A DNA stretch of 64,000 nt, taken from contig NC_045696.1 in the NCBI RefSeq assembly GCF_009834535.1, positions 84,446,001-84,510,000 of the forward strand. The letters run 5' to 3'. This DNA comes from Camelus ferus. Its lineage: Eukaryota. The translations under genes and the position numbers were made by a program. The first letter of the stretch is position 1; each line of letters starts with the position of its first letter. This document shows positions 1 to 12,232 of the stretch, in pieces. The notes beneath the pieces were generated by a model. The model searched no databases. It was not told the DNA's origin and worked only from the letters and a program-made list of their open reading frames with translations.

Positions 1-3000
1 GGGTATGGTAATGGGAGTGAGAAGCTAAGAACAAAGGAAAGATCCAGTTTATCAGAGAAGAAGAAATCAGTGAGCTGAGAACCCAGCATCCTGGAAGTAT
101 AATGTATATAAATACTAGAATCACTAATAATTATAAGAATGATGTCAAATAAAGCAGCTGTGATATTGGAGCTAAACATCCTCACAGATGGAACCAAAGG
201 TGTCTGTAGGTGATTGCACCCAGAAGAGGTTGTAGTAATATGATGAAAAGACACTAGAATGAAAGCTTTTTTTTTTTTTTTAATCCTAGAAGTTTGGAAG
301 CAGCAATGAGGAGTAAAGATGATTTTTGTCCCATCTCTAAGCTTGATGGTGTGAGTGAGGAGGGGAGAAAATCGGGAAACATCTGGGAGGGTTTCTAGGC
401 AACAGTATATTCTGGGAGACCCAGTTAGGTTAGAGCAAGAATGTGAAGGGAACATCCAGAGAAGCTGATAAGGATGTGGGAGGTTTGTCTGTGACTTCCA
501 GGGAGGGCCGTAGAAAGTTCAGGAAGTGGGGAGTAGGGGCAATGGGGTTGGAAAAGAGGGTAGTCAGAACTTTGTTGGGGTAAGAGCCTGAGTAGTGAAA
601 ACTTCATTGGCTGACATAAATGGTGATAGAAACACTTCACCATCTCCCAATATTCTGAAATAGCTTCCACTGGAAATACATTTTGCCATTTTTCACTTAG
701 ACATATACCATCTGTGTGTCACCTTCTCCACATAGTATTTTTTGACTCCAACTCATATAGCTATCTCCTTTCTTCTTTTTTTGTAGAACATACACACTTA
801 ACCCCACTCATTTGGTTATGACACTTATTCACTCATTCAAAAGCCTTACTAAGCTTTTTACTATGTGTCAAGCACCGTGTAAGGAAGTTGTGAACAAAAA
901 GTCATAATCCCTGCAGCTGACGTGAGTCTGTTTATATATTCTGTTTGTATATTCTCTCCATTTATATTATATATTCTCAAATGGCAAAGGTCATATTTAT
1001 CATTTTGCTGTATCCCACCTAGTCCCTGTATGATACAGTCCTATAAAACTACTAAGTATTTCATAACTCTATCCTGAAAAGATTGGATGAAAAGTTTTTT
1101 GCTCTCTCTTGAAATGGATACGTAGCTAACATAATACACTTAGATAAAGAATATGACCATGTGTTTAGATAGATATGTCTTTGATAATTTGCAAATCAGC
1201 CTTTGATCATCTGTCAGCATTCTCAAAGTATTTTACTGCTAACAAGGGAAAGCGTTTTACACACTATGCATTTTATTAATTTTTAAATGGTTATTGCCAT
1301 CTTGAATAAAAGGCCTACGGAAAGTGATAATAATAGAGACACTGGAATGAATTAAAAAGCTCTTGATTCAGAAAAAGTATTCAGTAGGATAAAAAACTGA
1401 GGCAGGAAAAAATGACAGATTAGAAGAGATACACTGTTAAACAATAATACGTTACTGAAAAGATTATTTGATTGTTTATATCAGTGTTTACTAATTTCTT
1501 CTTAAACAATTAACTGGGGGAAACCATCCTTTAGAGAAAGCCTGAATAGGGATTTTTGAAAAATTTAAGATCTTTAAGTTTGATGAGACCTCAAATTGTA
1601 TTTTCTCAACCCCAAAGATGAGAAAAAAGGAAACTGGGCAAAGCCACACTCTAATAAATATAAAGTCAACCAAATGTCATTTAACACTATTGGTCAAGTC
1701 TATTGATATTATTTTGATTTTAAGCAGAAGCATTGAGACAAATAATGAGTGAGATGTGTTCAGAATTTATGATTGCCTTAACTTTTCCTTCCAGATTGAC
1801 TCAAGCACAGACCTGTATCAAAAAATAATGACAACAGAAGAGGAGCTTCTATCAGCAAAAGAAGAGGAGGGTAGAAAATGGCAAATGGAGATGGTGAATC
1901 ACAGCCGGGTTGTAAATCCCATCTCAGTTTTTAAGTATATTTGTTATTTCCTTGATAGGATGCTGGGGAATAGATTCCAGGGAATAGCTCAGGAGCATCA
2001 CCCAAATCTCGGATCTGAAAGTTTTGGGGTAGAATCACTATCTGGGAGCCATCGAAGTGAACTAACTTATCATCTCCTTAACAAGTACTATAAAGACAGA
2101 ACCAGCAATGTGCAGACAGAAGATAAATAGGATCAGATTCCTGGATGAGGAAATTCAATTCCCAGTGAACTGAAGAGAGTAGAGATGACCTTGACTGTCC
2201 TTTCTGGAGCATGTGGCATGTGATTACTCTCCAGTGATCCACAAAAACGTGGTAACAGCACAGCATTAGTATTATTAACTTGCATTTTTCCATGTGCTTG
2301 AAATATAAAGTGCTTTGATATAAATGATTGTATTTGAGTACCATATTTTTCCCGTGATGTAGGGAGGAATATATTTTCAAAGAAGGAAACAAGGTCATTC
2401 AGCTACTCAAGGGCAAAGCTGGTATTTGAACCAAAGTGGCCTTCATCCCCTACTTCTCTGGTCCTTACCACCCCGATCGAGGCCTGACTCAGGCTGCTGG
2501 TCTGTTTTCAGACTTCATAAAATACAGAACTTAGTTGATCATAATCATGCCCTCTCAAATTCAGTAAATTATTTTAAAAAAATCAATCTCAAACACATAT
2601 ACATAAATTAATGATTTGTAACTTGTGATCCTGTTTCTTGACATTTATAAAAAACCTGATATAGCCTATGCATATTCCAGGCATTCGTTTTACAGCCACA
2701 AACAACTGAATGACCATATCAGGCAGGCTTAACTGAACGTGATAATACGAATAATGTATCCAAGACAACATCTTTTAAGTAGAAAATAACAGGTCCCACA
2801 CACTTATTTCCATAAGTAATATAAAGTATTATATGATAAATAAGAGTTTCACATTTTTTAAAAGATGACTGTTCTCAATTATATTCACTGACTGCTGACT
2901 CTCTTTGAATGTTACCTCATAGGATATTGTAGGGTTGGAAATGGTGAAGCACTTTGAAAAGGGTAAGTTGGGCCTATAAATGGCAAGTACTGCAATTAAA

Positions 3001-4139
3001 ATTAATATTTATCCTCAAACTCATTTGATGTCCTTCAGAAATGATGAGATTGGCGGCCAGTCTGAATCCGTGTGTATGGTCTATTGATCTTAATGTTGAA
3101 AATAATGATTTCCTCTTAATTATTTAAACCCACAACAGGCAACTTACTAGTGCACAGGCAGTGGTATAAGCAATCTGAGTGACTTTGTGACCCATGGTTT
3201 GTGTGTAAAATAAGCAACTTAGGTAGTTATAAAAAAGTTTACTGAAAGCCTCCCAAAGCAACTGGTATGTAAGCCTTTAAAATGTTAGAAGAGTTCAGGG
3301 AACCAAAGTTGGTATTTTTATGGAATGTTTAAAGCTAGACATAAATATTTTAGTGAACTGAGCTGCTCAGTCATCTGGAGTTTATGACTTGGTTCAAAAC
3401 CATTTATCTAGTCAGAAGCTAGTGCTAAACTATAGTTTAATATTTCTGTTATACAATTTTTGCAACTGATTCTTAGTTTGAAGAGTTCTGTATGGCTTAA
3501 GCAGTTAAAGAATGTGAAAATTATTGGCAGCGATTAGTAAAACCAGTAAAAACCAAGGAGGCCAATATAAACATGTGCATTTTACTGAAGAATAATCATT
3601 TACCTTTTAGCAATCTCAGAATTGTATGCCTTGAAGTATTTTTTTCCCATGACCAAAATAAGGACCTTTGCTGAAACCTCATGAAACAAAGAAAGGAGGT
3701 AATAAATATTAATAGAGCTGTTTACATGGTTCTGTAGCTGAATTTATGCTTGCAATAATACAGGTACACTCTCCAAATTGCTAGCAAGGGGAAGAAATGG
3801 GCTTTATTAATGTCTACAATTTCAAAGTGCTGCTCCAGATTTTACTCAGGAAATTACTGCTTAAAATCAGTGGAATGTAGAAGACTGTTTTCCCTTAGTT
3901 TCTGTCCTACACCTTATTTCTATTATTCTTTCATTTTGAAATTTTCAAGGTTAAGCAACTAGCTCCTTCATGGCATTATACAATAAAAATGAAATTGCAT
4001 TAAAAAGGAAAGTTTGAACTAAGATATTGGATATTGCAAAGGTATCAATGCAATTACTGTGTTACCATAACAGTGAAGAATTCTGTAAAATGAAGTTACC
4101 TTTTTCATGTCCTAGAAGAAAGTTAAATATACTTTTTAT

Positions 4140-4685
4140 TAGAATGAGCCTTCTTGAGGACAAGAATGCTGCTGTATCCCAAAGGCCCCAAGTGATGTCT
4201 GGAATAAAGTAGGCACTTAAGAAAAACTTGTGAATGAATTATGAATAATTATAACAAATCGACTACAGCCTAAGTCTACACCATGCAGAAGTATAAGACT
4301 GTGATATTTGCTTTACATTTTCACCAAGACACTAAGCCAGCACAACAAACTCAGTATCTCTAAAACTGAACTTATGATTTTCTTCCACAATAGCTTCGTT
4401 ACTGTTAATTCCCTATTCCGATGACTATTACAGTATATTTCCTGACACTCTGGGTAAAGTCTCAATCATATATTACTCCATATCATTATTTTAGCCCCTT
4501 TAAAGAAGAATGTCTCACCTGTCTATTCTGCCTTTGCAATATTTTTCATTTGACCACAGTAGTTTCCACGCCTATTGCCACTGTCCTGACTTGTGTATTT
4601 CAGATATTTTGTCCTAACAAGTGTAAGAGTCTCTTACTCAGTCTCTTCGCTTTCAACTTTTATTCTTTTAAAATCACCCTGAGAT
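4140..4685 (+). mobile_element. L2 fragments
   Basis: L2 3' end (agtaggcacttaagaaaaacttgtgaatgaat) and L2 body motif aactcagtatctctaaaactgaactt. Confidence 0.6.
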
Positions 4686-4701
4686 TATAGAAGTTGTAAG
4701 T

Positions 4702-5090
4702 TATATTAGTTTGTGCTAGGTTGTGCTGAATGTACAGAGACAAAGAAACAAATAAGAGCATACAAATAAAGATAGAAGTTTTTCTTACTTGCACATATAA
4801 GGAGTCCAGAGGTAGGGTGCAGAACATCATGATTGCAGAGAACTAGATTCATTCTCTGTTGCTGCTCTACCATCCTTGGTGAGCCACCTCGTGAGCCAAG
4901 ATGGCTGCTTGAGCAACATCCAACGTGATTACAGTCAAGACACCAGCAAGTGAGAAGAAAAAGATGAGTGTACCTTTGGAAGACTATTTCCAATAAATCA
5001 TATATAGCATTTCTAATTAACATCATTGGCCAGAAGATAAGTTTGTGGCCATATCTTACTCCACAGAAGGTTAAGGAATGTAGCATACCT
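4702..5090 (-). mobile_element. MLT1J-like MaLR LTR
   Basis: tattagtttgtgctaggttgtgctg...aagatagaagtttttcttactt...ccaagatggctgct...catcattggccagaa...tggccatatctt. Confidence 0.75.
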
Positions 5091-6484
5091 GGAGAAAATG
5101 GCTGCTATAAGAAGTTGCAACCTCTGCAAAATCAAATGTTTTCCAAAAATTATCATCTTTAACCCTCACAACAAACCCTTTAAAGTTGATGTTAATATTC
5201 TCATTTTTAGATGATGAAACAAATATCCTTGGAGCAGTTAAATAACTCCATAACTTCACTAATCTCAGCCCACATTTGATGCTTTCTGCTACTTTATGCC
5301 TCCTCTTGCACACATACTGCTCCTTCTGGCAAGAACTAGCTCTTAAGCTTTTTAGATGCTCAACAAAAGGTTGACAAATGGATGAATCATTGGTCAAGTG
5401 TGAGGGGGAATTTTAATAGTATCTGAGAATCTCATAGTTCCAGCCTAGCATCAGGAAATAACTCATTTTCAGAAAGAATATTTATCTCTTCAGTCATTCA
5501 TCATTATCATAAAAGTAACACATTTACTATCCCAAATTTCTAAGTTATCAAGTCAGAAAACAAAAATTTAGGATACAGGAGAATGACAAGGAAGAAAGGA
5601 TTGGTAGTATAAAATTTGTAATTTTCCAAAAAAGGGTTATGTATTAAACCTCTTTTCTTGATCAGTTTTGGTCAACTTTAATCTTTGATCAACTGCACAT
5701 TTTGAGCTATTAAGAAGGGGGAAATATTGCTAGATGTGAAGAGGACCAACGTATGCCAAACTGAAGAAAGATTAACTGAGCGAGAATCACTGAAAAAATC
5801 TCATGGTTGCTATAATAGTCAACTGGAGTAATAAAAATATCAGTCTTCCTATTTGATCACTATAGTGTTGTTGAAAACTTGGGAGAAAGGATATTCAGTT
5901 GTAGCGAAAATCATACAAATAAACTAAACTTAGTTGAGTATTTTTCAGTCTCCTTAGCTGTCTGCCTCCTGCCAAGGCATATGTCAGCCTACGTTTTTTG
6001 GTGTTAATTTCTAGATGTCACTAGTTCAAAAGGCTTTTTACCTAAAATTTCTTATTCCCCAGTCCATGCTTTAGATGCTCTTGAAATACCCTCTGCTCTT
6101 CCAAAAGGGGACAGTTTTGTCTTTTTCACTAATTAACTACTCACTTTCCTTGTCCAGAAGGAGTGATGCTCTACAGCCATATTTTTTCATATAAAGGACA
6201 TAGATAATTGGTAACACTTAAGGACACAGGTAATTAAATGGCATGGTTGAATACCCAAGTTGCTTAATTTACCAGAAATCATTAATGTATAGCACTACTT
6301 TAATTGGTTATATTTCAAAGTTATGAAATTGTGGCATTTAGAGTAATTGTTCCTGGGTTTTGTGATTATTCATCCCCCTGTGTATTTGACTTTATATTTA
6401 ATTGGCAGCAGAATAGTTTGTTCTTTGTAATCAGATAACCAACTTCCATTTGTGTACTTAATTAACTTATAAACTCTTTATATG

Positions 6485-6860
6485 AATTTATTCAACAAAT
6501 ATTTATTGGTAAGGGAAGAGTTCTAACTTCTGCAAGACACCATTTTAGACAGATTCAGAAAATGAAGCAGACGGTTTCCTGTCTGCAGCTGGAATGTTGG
6601 AGAAAGACATACAGATAATTAAATATGTACAACATGGTAAGTAGACTTAAAGGGATTTTGACAAACTGCCATGGGAACACAGAGAAATAATGAACGTTTC
6701 CTGATAGCTCCTAAACCAGTTTTATCAAACAGATAAAACTGGATTTGGTGTTGAGGATGAGTAAATGTTTATCAGATGGAGGATTTGGTTATAACATTCT
6801 ATTCAGAGATGCTTGAAGGTGAGCCTATGATGCATTAGATACTTAGGGGAGAGGTCCAAA
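6485..6860 (-). mobile_element. L2 3' fragment
   Basis: ttattcaacaaatatttattg...tgccatgggaacacagag...ttgaggatgagtaaa. Confidence 0.6.
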
Positions 6861-7624
6861 TGGCCAGAACACAGGTCATGTGACAGAATAAACTTTAGAT
6901 TCTAAAATGACTCATCTTTTATCACACTTTGTGAGCCACAGCAGCCATCAGAATAACCAAGTGCTTAAACACCACAAATGCTGCCAGTCAACGCTGTTTC
7001 TGGAAAATGCCCTGATCCATTTGCTTTCCAGTGGTCCTGCAATGGTTATTCCACAGCCATTATTGTGCTGAACTGATATCCTGGCTGATTCTCCTACTAC
7101 TGTCACCACAACTTATGCCCAATTCTGCCCCTGCCTTCCAAGTCCCTGATCCCAGATTTGAAATTACAACCCCCCTCCACCTTATTAATTGAGCTCTTTT
7201 GAGCAACTACAGAAAATCTAGCCTCTAAGTTATCAGAGAAAGCCCCTAAAATTAGATTAATTCTTTCCACTTTACAATCTTTTGTAGCAGAACATGAATA
7301 TATAACTTGAAATGAATTTGCCTGAGGTAGTCAGTATTAAAATCAAAATTACTTTCTCAAATTGACTCAAATAAGTGTCACCAAATAGGACACTCCTTTT
7401 GATCTCAAGTGTGTTCCTTGGATTTTCAGACTTCTATTCTTACAGTCTCCTACTGGTACATGTCTTGCTTTCTTCAAACTTGTTATATATATTTACTGTC
7501 AAATAAGCAAACCTTTTAATCAACATTTCTCTTTATTCTTTTATCCCTTTTTAGCTATGTGACATCCTTTACTAAGCACTATCATAGCCCTTTTGTCTGT
7601 TCTTCTAATGGTATCTTTCTTGGG

Positions 7625-7840
7625 AGGTAGAGTGACATGATTTGGAACCAGCTAGAACTAAACTTCCCTACCACTTAACTTGCTCAGTGATTTTGTGCAA
7701 ATCATTTAAATCAGTGATCCTCCATTTCCTCACCTGTGAAGTGGAGATAGTGATCCTACTTTGCAGCACTTTTGTGAAGATTTAATAAATATAAAACTCT
7801 CAGCCCAGTGTCGGCCATCAGTAGACAAAGTAGTGTAGCT
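7625..7840 (+). mobile_element. MIR
   Basis: Core ccacttaacttgctcagtgattttgtgcaaatcattt...catttcctcacctgtgaagtggagatag...ttgtgaagattta. Confidence 0.7.
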
Positions 7841-7961
7841 CCTGTTTTTGAAATTATGATTATTACCTAATGCCTCCTTAAAAAACAATTCACTAATATC
7901 TTGTTATTTTCTGTTACTAATCTCCTTACAGCCTCAATTTAACTAAAATCTAGCCTCTCCA

Positions 7962-8700
7962 TTACATCAGTCAGGTTTCTGACAGGAAAATAAAAACCAC
8001 ACTGGACATTTCAACAAAGGACTTTGATAGAAGGAACTATAGGAACATAGGTATGGAGAGCTGAAAGAATAAAAAGGGAATGTTGGGTAATGGTAGCAGG
8101 AAGCAACTGTTACCCTCAGAGAACAGACTGGGATTGCTCAGGACCTGGAATCTTGGGGAAGCACCCAAGAATTCAGCCCCCTGAGGAAGGGTGCCACCCT
8201 TGCTGCTGCTGCCGTGGCAGAGGACAGGCAATGAGGCTGGATCTGAGAGTTTAAAAGCAGTCAGAAGATGCAGTTAAGTGCTGATATTGCCTTCTCACTT
8301 CCCTCTAGGGCCCTTGGCTGGAGGAACCTGACAAAAAGCCAGCAGTCCAAAGAAAATAGAGTTGGCCGAGTTCTATCACCAGCTTCACAAAGCACTGTGT
8401 AGATGGCTGGATTTAGATCTGGAAGATAATAGATTAATGACCAATGCCTGGCTACTGAGCATCCATAATTACCCCTCTATAGATATTTGAACTTTAATAT
8501 AACGGGAATTACAACACTAAGCTCTTGCCCAACAAGATGTAACTATCCTGTGGCAAATGAAGATACTTTTACTCTCCCTTTAAAGGGAGGTACAAAGTCC
8601 CAAAGATCATGGATCTCCACGAGATTTAGTAAGAGATAATTTAGTAAAGATATTAAGGTGGTCCCCAACTCACCATAACCCCATATGCAGCCTATATAAT
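7962..8700 (-). mobile_element. Ancient ERVL/MaLR-type LTR (~7962-8445) with adjoining internal sequence; subfamily uncertain
   Basis: tcagtcaggtttctgacaggaaaataaaaaccacactgg resembles an antisense old LTR end. ggctactgagcatccata and actctccctttaaagggagg...aaagtccc resemble MaLR/ERVL internal sequence. Confidence 0.5.
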
Positions 8701-9639
8701 AAAAGATGAAAAGTTCATAAACCAGAGCATATTTTTCTGAAGGATATTTTCAGGAGCAGATGGTGCTCTGGGAAATGGGATAAGATACTTTCCCTGTACC
8801 CAGACCCAAGTGAGAGGGAGTTCAGACAGAAAATGCTTTCTTCTAAATTCCAATTCAGATCCACTTCTTATTACTGTCATTGCAGGACTAGTGAGGTTTT
8901 TTGGGAAGATCTTAGCCTGTGTACCTGTAGTTTGAGTTCCTGTGTCCGAGTCCCACAGGCTGGCTGCAACAGTTTTGTAATGGCAGCCAGAAAAGAGAAG
9001 GAAGCAGTGGAGGAATCCCACACTTTACCCCCACAGGTGGCTGTGGCAAGGATTGTGAAGTTTCCTAAGGTCTGAGTGAATGTTATGGAGAGTCCTAGGA
9101 ATTGAGCTTCCTTGAGAGACTCAACCAACTAACCAACCAAACAAACAAATAAATGGTAAGGAAGAAAAAGAGATCTGTGCCAATAGTTCACAGGCAACAA
9201 ATGAAATCGATTTTTCAGTGATTAGGAAATAAATGTTGAGACTCTATTTCAGGCAATTTGGCATGAGAAATAATCTGGAAAACTCAAATCAAACAAAAAT
9301 ATTCTCTCTTCAAAATACATAGAAAGCCTGGGGAAAATATCCCTAGTGTCCTTTAAACACAGAGCTGAATTTATCAGGAAGTAAAAGGAATCCGGAAACC
9401 CAAAAGGTATAAATTAAAACCCAAGTTGCAGCTCCCAGGAGGGTGTGTCCTGGTTCCAGGAACCTTGAGATAGATGGAGTTAATACTTAAGAAGTTGAAT
9501 CCCCAGATGTGATCATTGACTGGATATCAGGAGTGAGGGAGTTTAAGGATTAAGGGATGAAGAAACAGAGGAGTAACATTTACAGTTTAAGAAAGCAGAG
9601 GGAGATGCTTTGGGAGGCAGGGATATAACAAATTTCAGT

Positions 9640-10085
9640 CCTACATAGAACCTGATGTCTTTGTGGGACATTTTGGTTTGATGTTTGGGAGCATCAGGAC
9701 TGAAGATCAGAATTTGTGAGTCCCAGTAGACACAAAGGTGCTGAGGAATTCGTGTGGACTAGATGAGGTCTCTAAGGAAGAATGAGATATATAGAAGATC
9801 GGGGATGAAAGTAACATGGAGAAACACCACTGTCGGCTAGGTAGTGAAAGGGGCTCACTGGGGTGTTTACAGATGGGTTTCTAGGGATGTAGGAAGAAAG
9901 AACATAAGGAGGAGATGATTGCCTTGGACTCCAAGAGAAGAGTGCTTTCCAAGGATGAAAGGCTCATCAGTGAAACCAAAGGCTGCCTGGAGATCAGACA
10001 AAGACTGAAAACAAACACAGACGTAGCAACAAGGAGTATGTGGGTGTATTTAATTGAGAGTGGTTTTGCAGATAAGCAGTAGAAG
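9640..10085 (-). mobile_element. L2 fragment
   Basis: Purine-rich antisense L2: ggactagatgaggtctctaaggaagaatg; ccaagagaagagtgctttccaagg; gactgaaaac. Confidence 0.55.
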
Positions 10086-10352
10086 AAGGATTCAAATCTG
10101 AATCTCATGCCCCTTTCAAACTTCTACTTACCTGTCACAGAGCTCTTATCAGTTTTTTATTTTACAGATTAGAAAACTGGGGATCAAATATATTTAATCA
10201 ATTTCCTAAAGGAGAGGCCAGTTAGCTATGACTGAGACTTCCTGTGGGTTTTTATGCCTGAAAGCTAAGAATAGTGTTTATATGTGTAAATGGTCATGTT
10301 TAAATATTATATAAGAACCTACATGATATCTTCTATTTTCCTTTTCCATCAT

Positions 10353-10407
10353 CAAAGTCTAAAATATTTACTACTGACCCTTTACAGAAAATGTCTGCTG
10401 ACCTCTG
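10353..10407 (+). mobile_element. MER58A-like hAT-Charlie terminal fragment
   Basis: caaagtctaaaatatttactactgaccctttacagaaaatgtctgctgacctctg. Confidence 0.75.
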
Positions 10408-12202
10408 GTTGGCCTTTCTGAAAGTAAGTAACAAAGATAGGATAGAGGTCTTCTGACTGTCCATTCCATTTCCCAAAACTAAGCAGAACAATACAACAAA
10501 CCAACAATTCTTCTCTAACAATTAGACAAAATAACCTCTGTGAATAAGATGCATATTGATGCAAAGCATTGTTAAGTATCACAGTAAGAAAAATGTGAAT
10601 ACATTCTGATAATAGAATTTTAAAAACTTTTAAAAATAATCTTCTGGATTGGTCTTCAATGATTTTTGTATAGTTTGAGAATCAATAACATGCTTTAAAT
10701 CAAATAAATTATCTAGATGATGAAATGTTTCTGGTTTAAACATCTCAATTGATTCACATATGTAGGCTAGGGAAATAAAGATTTTGATGTAATTTTGATA
10801 ATTAATATGCAAAATAGTTTTTATCTTCAGGGATAGTAAAAGGAAAGTAAGTGGTTTTGATTTCATGTCATGTATGAAATACTTTAGGATTTATATGAAA
10901 TTTTAAAATGTATCTGATGACTCCTCCAGTTCCTTCACTTGTAATATGGGTAAATTTTAAGTAAATATCAAAAGTAGTCAAAATTATTCACCCTGGGAAA
11001 TATTTAATATGCTGGATAATTAATGAATAATGAACTCCATTTCTTCCCTTCTCTTACACAGTAAAAAGAGTTGTGGAAGGGGAACAGTCTGTCCCAGGAG
11101 GATAAACATTAGTTTTAACTCCTCTTTTAGAAGCTGCATATCTATAAACAAGCTCTTTGTCTACATTGACTCTGTGTCATTGATTGCAAAGTTGGGAAAC
11201 TTGAGGAGGCAGCAGGAAGAGCTGGCCAATGAAGCATTGATCCACTCCATTGTAAGTTTACTGTCAGTGTCAAATGAAATAATGCAAGTGAAATAATTTC
11301 TAGAAGTATATGCCACAACAGCTGGTCAACTTTATCTAAGAAAGATAAGATAATTTGTTCAATTAAAATGATATCTTGATAAAAAATTTGCCATGATAAA
11401 TGTAAAATTAGAAGATTTGATAGAAAGTTTTCAGAAAAAGTAAAAAATATTTCCTTTTATAGGTAGGTTATAAAAACAATATTTACAAAGGATTAAATTG
11501 TTCTCTCTTGCTTTTCAAGCAAAATATAATTGTGATTTCCTGAATAAAATGAAATTCAAACTATGAAAATAAGGCAAAACCTAAACTTAATTCTGTTAAA
11601 TAGTAAATGACAATAATAAAGATGTTTTTATTTAGCATGAAAATTATCTGAAATTTTGGGTCAGTAAAATGACAAGGAGTATAGGTGAATGGCACAATAT
11701 ATTAGCATATAAATGTTCAAATAATACATTTGAAAAAGCAGACTTACAGTGTGCACAAAAACAGAATAAAAAGATAGTGAAGAAAATGGGTAGCTTAGTT
11801 TGACACTCATCAGTGTTATTATAAAAATAAATGTCTGTCTAAGCATACTTCTTTTTAACTTACTTTTAATTTAGATAGCCTTTCAATTTGAATATTTTAT
11901 TTTAAAGAAATACAATATACTGTTCACATACTTGGAAGAAAATCAAAGAGCTTTAGGGAAGACAGTAGTTCTAGGATTATCATTATTAGGGACTACACAC
12001 AAAGACAGAAAACCATTCTTCATTTTTCAATCATGTGGTAACAAAGATATAGACTTACAGATGTCACTTGATATAGATTATCAGAGAATGGTGAGACAAT
12101 GTGGATAAAAGAGGATGGTCAGTGGTTAGGGAGATACATCACCCAAGGAAAGTAACAAGTGAAGAGAAGGAGAAATGACTGAAATATGGTTTTACTGATG
12201 TG

Positions 12203-12232
12203 ACTTACCTAAATCAAAAGAGAAAACAGAGA
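12203..12232 (-). other. Recursive-splice-site-like motif (3' splice site abutting a consensus 5' splice site)
   Basis: Minus strand reads TCTCTGTTTTCTCTTTTGATTTAG|GTAAGT. The motif is certain; whether it is used is unproven. Confidence 0.35.

Noticed and set aside
11448..11468. Plus-strand AG|GT juxtaposition tatttccttttatag|gtaggt
   Set aside because: The tract is shorter and the donor less canonical than at 12208. It shows such motifs can arise by chance in AT-rich DNA.
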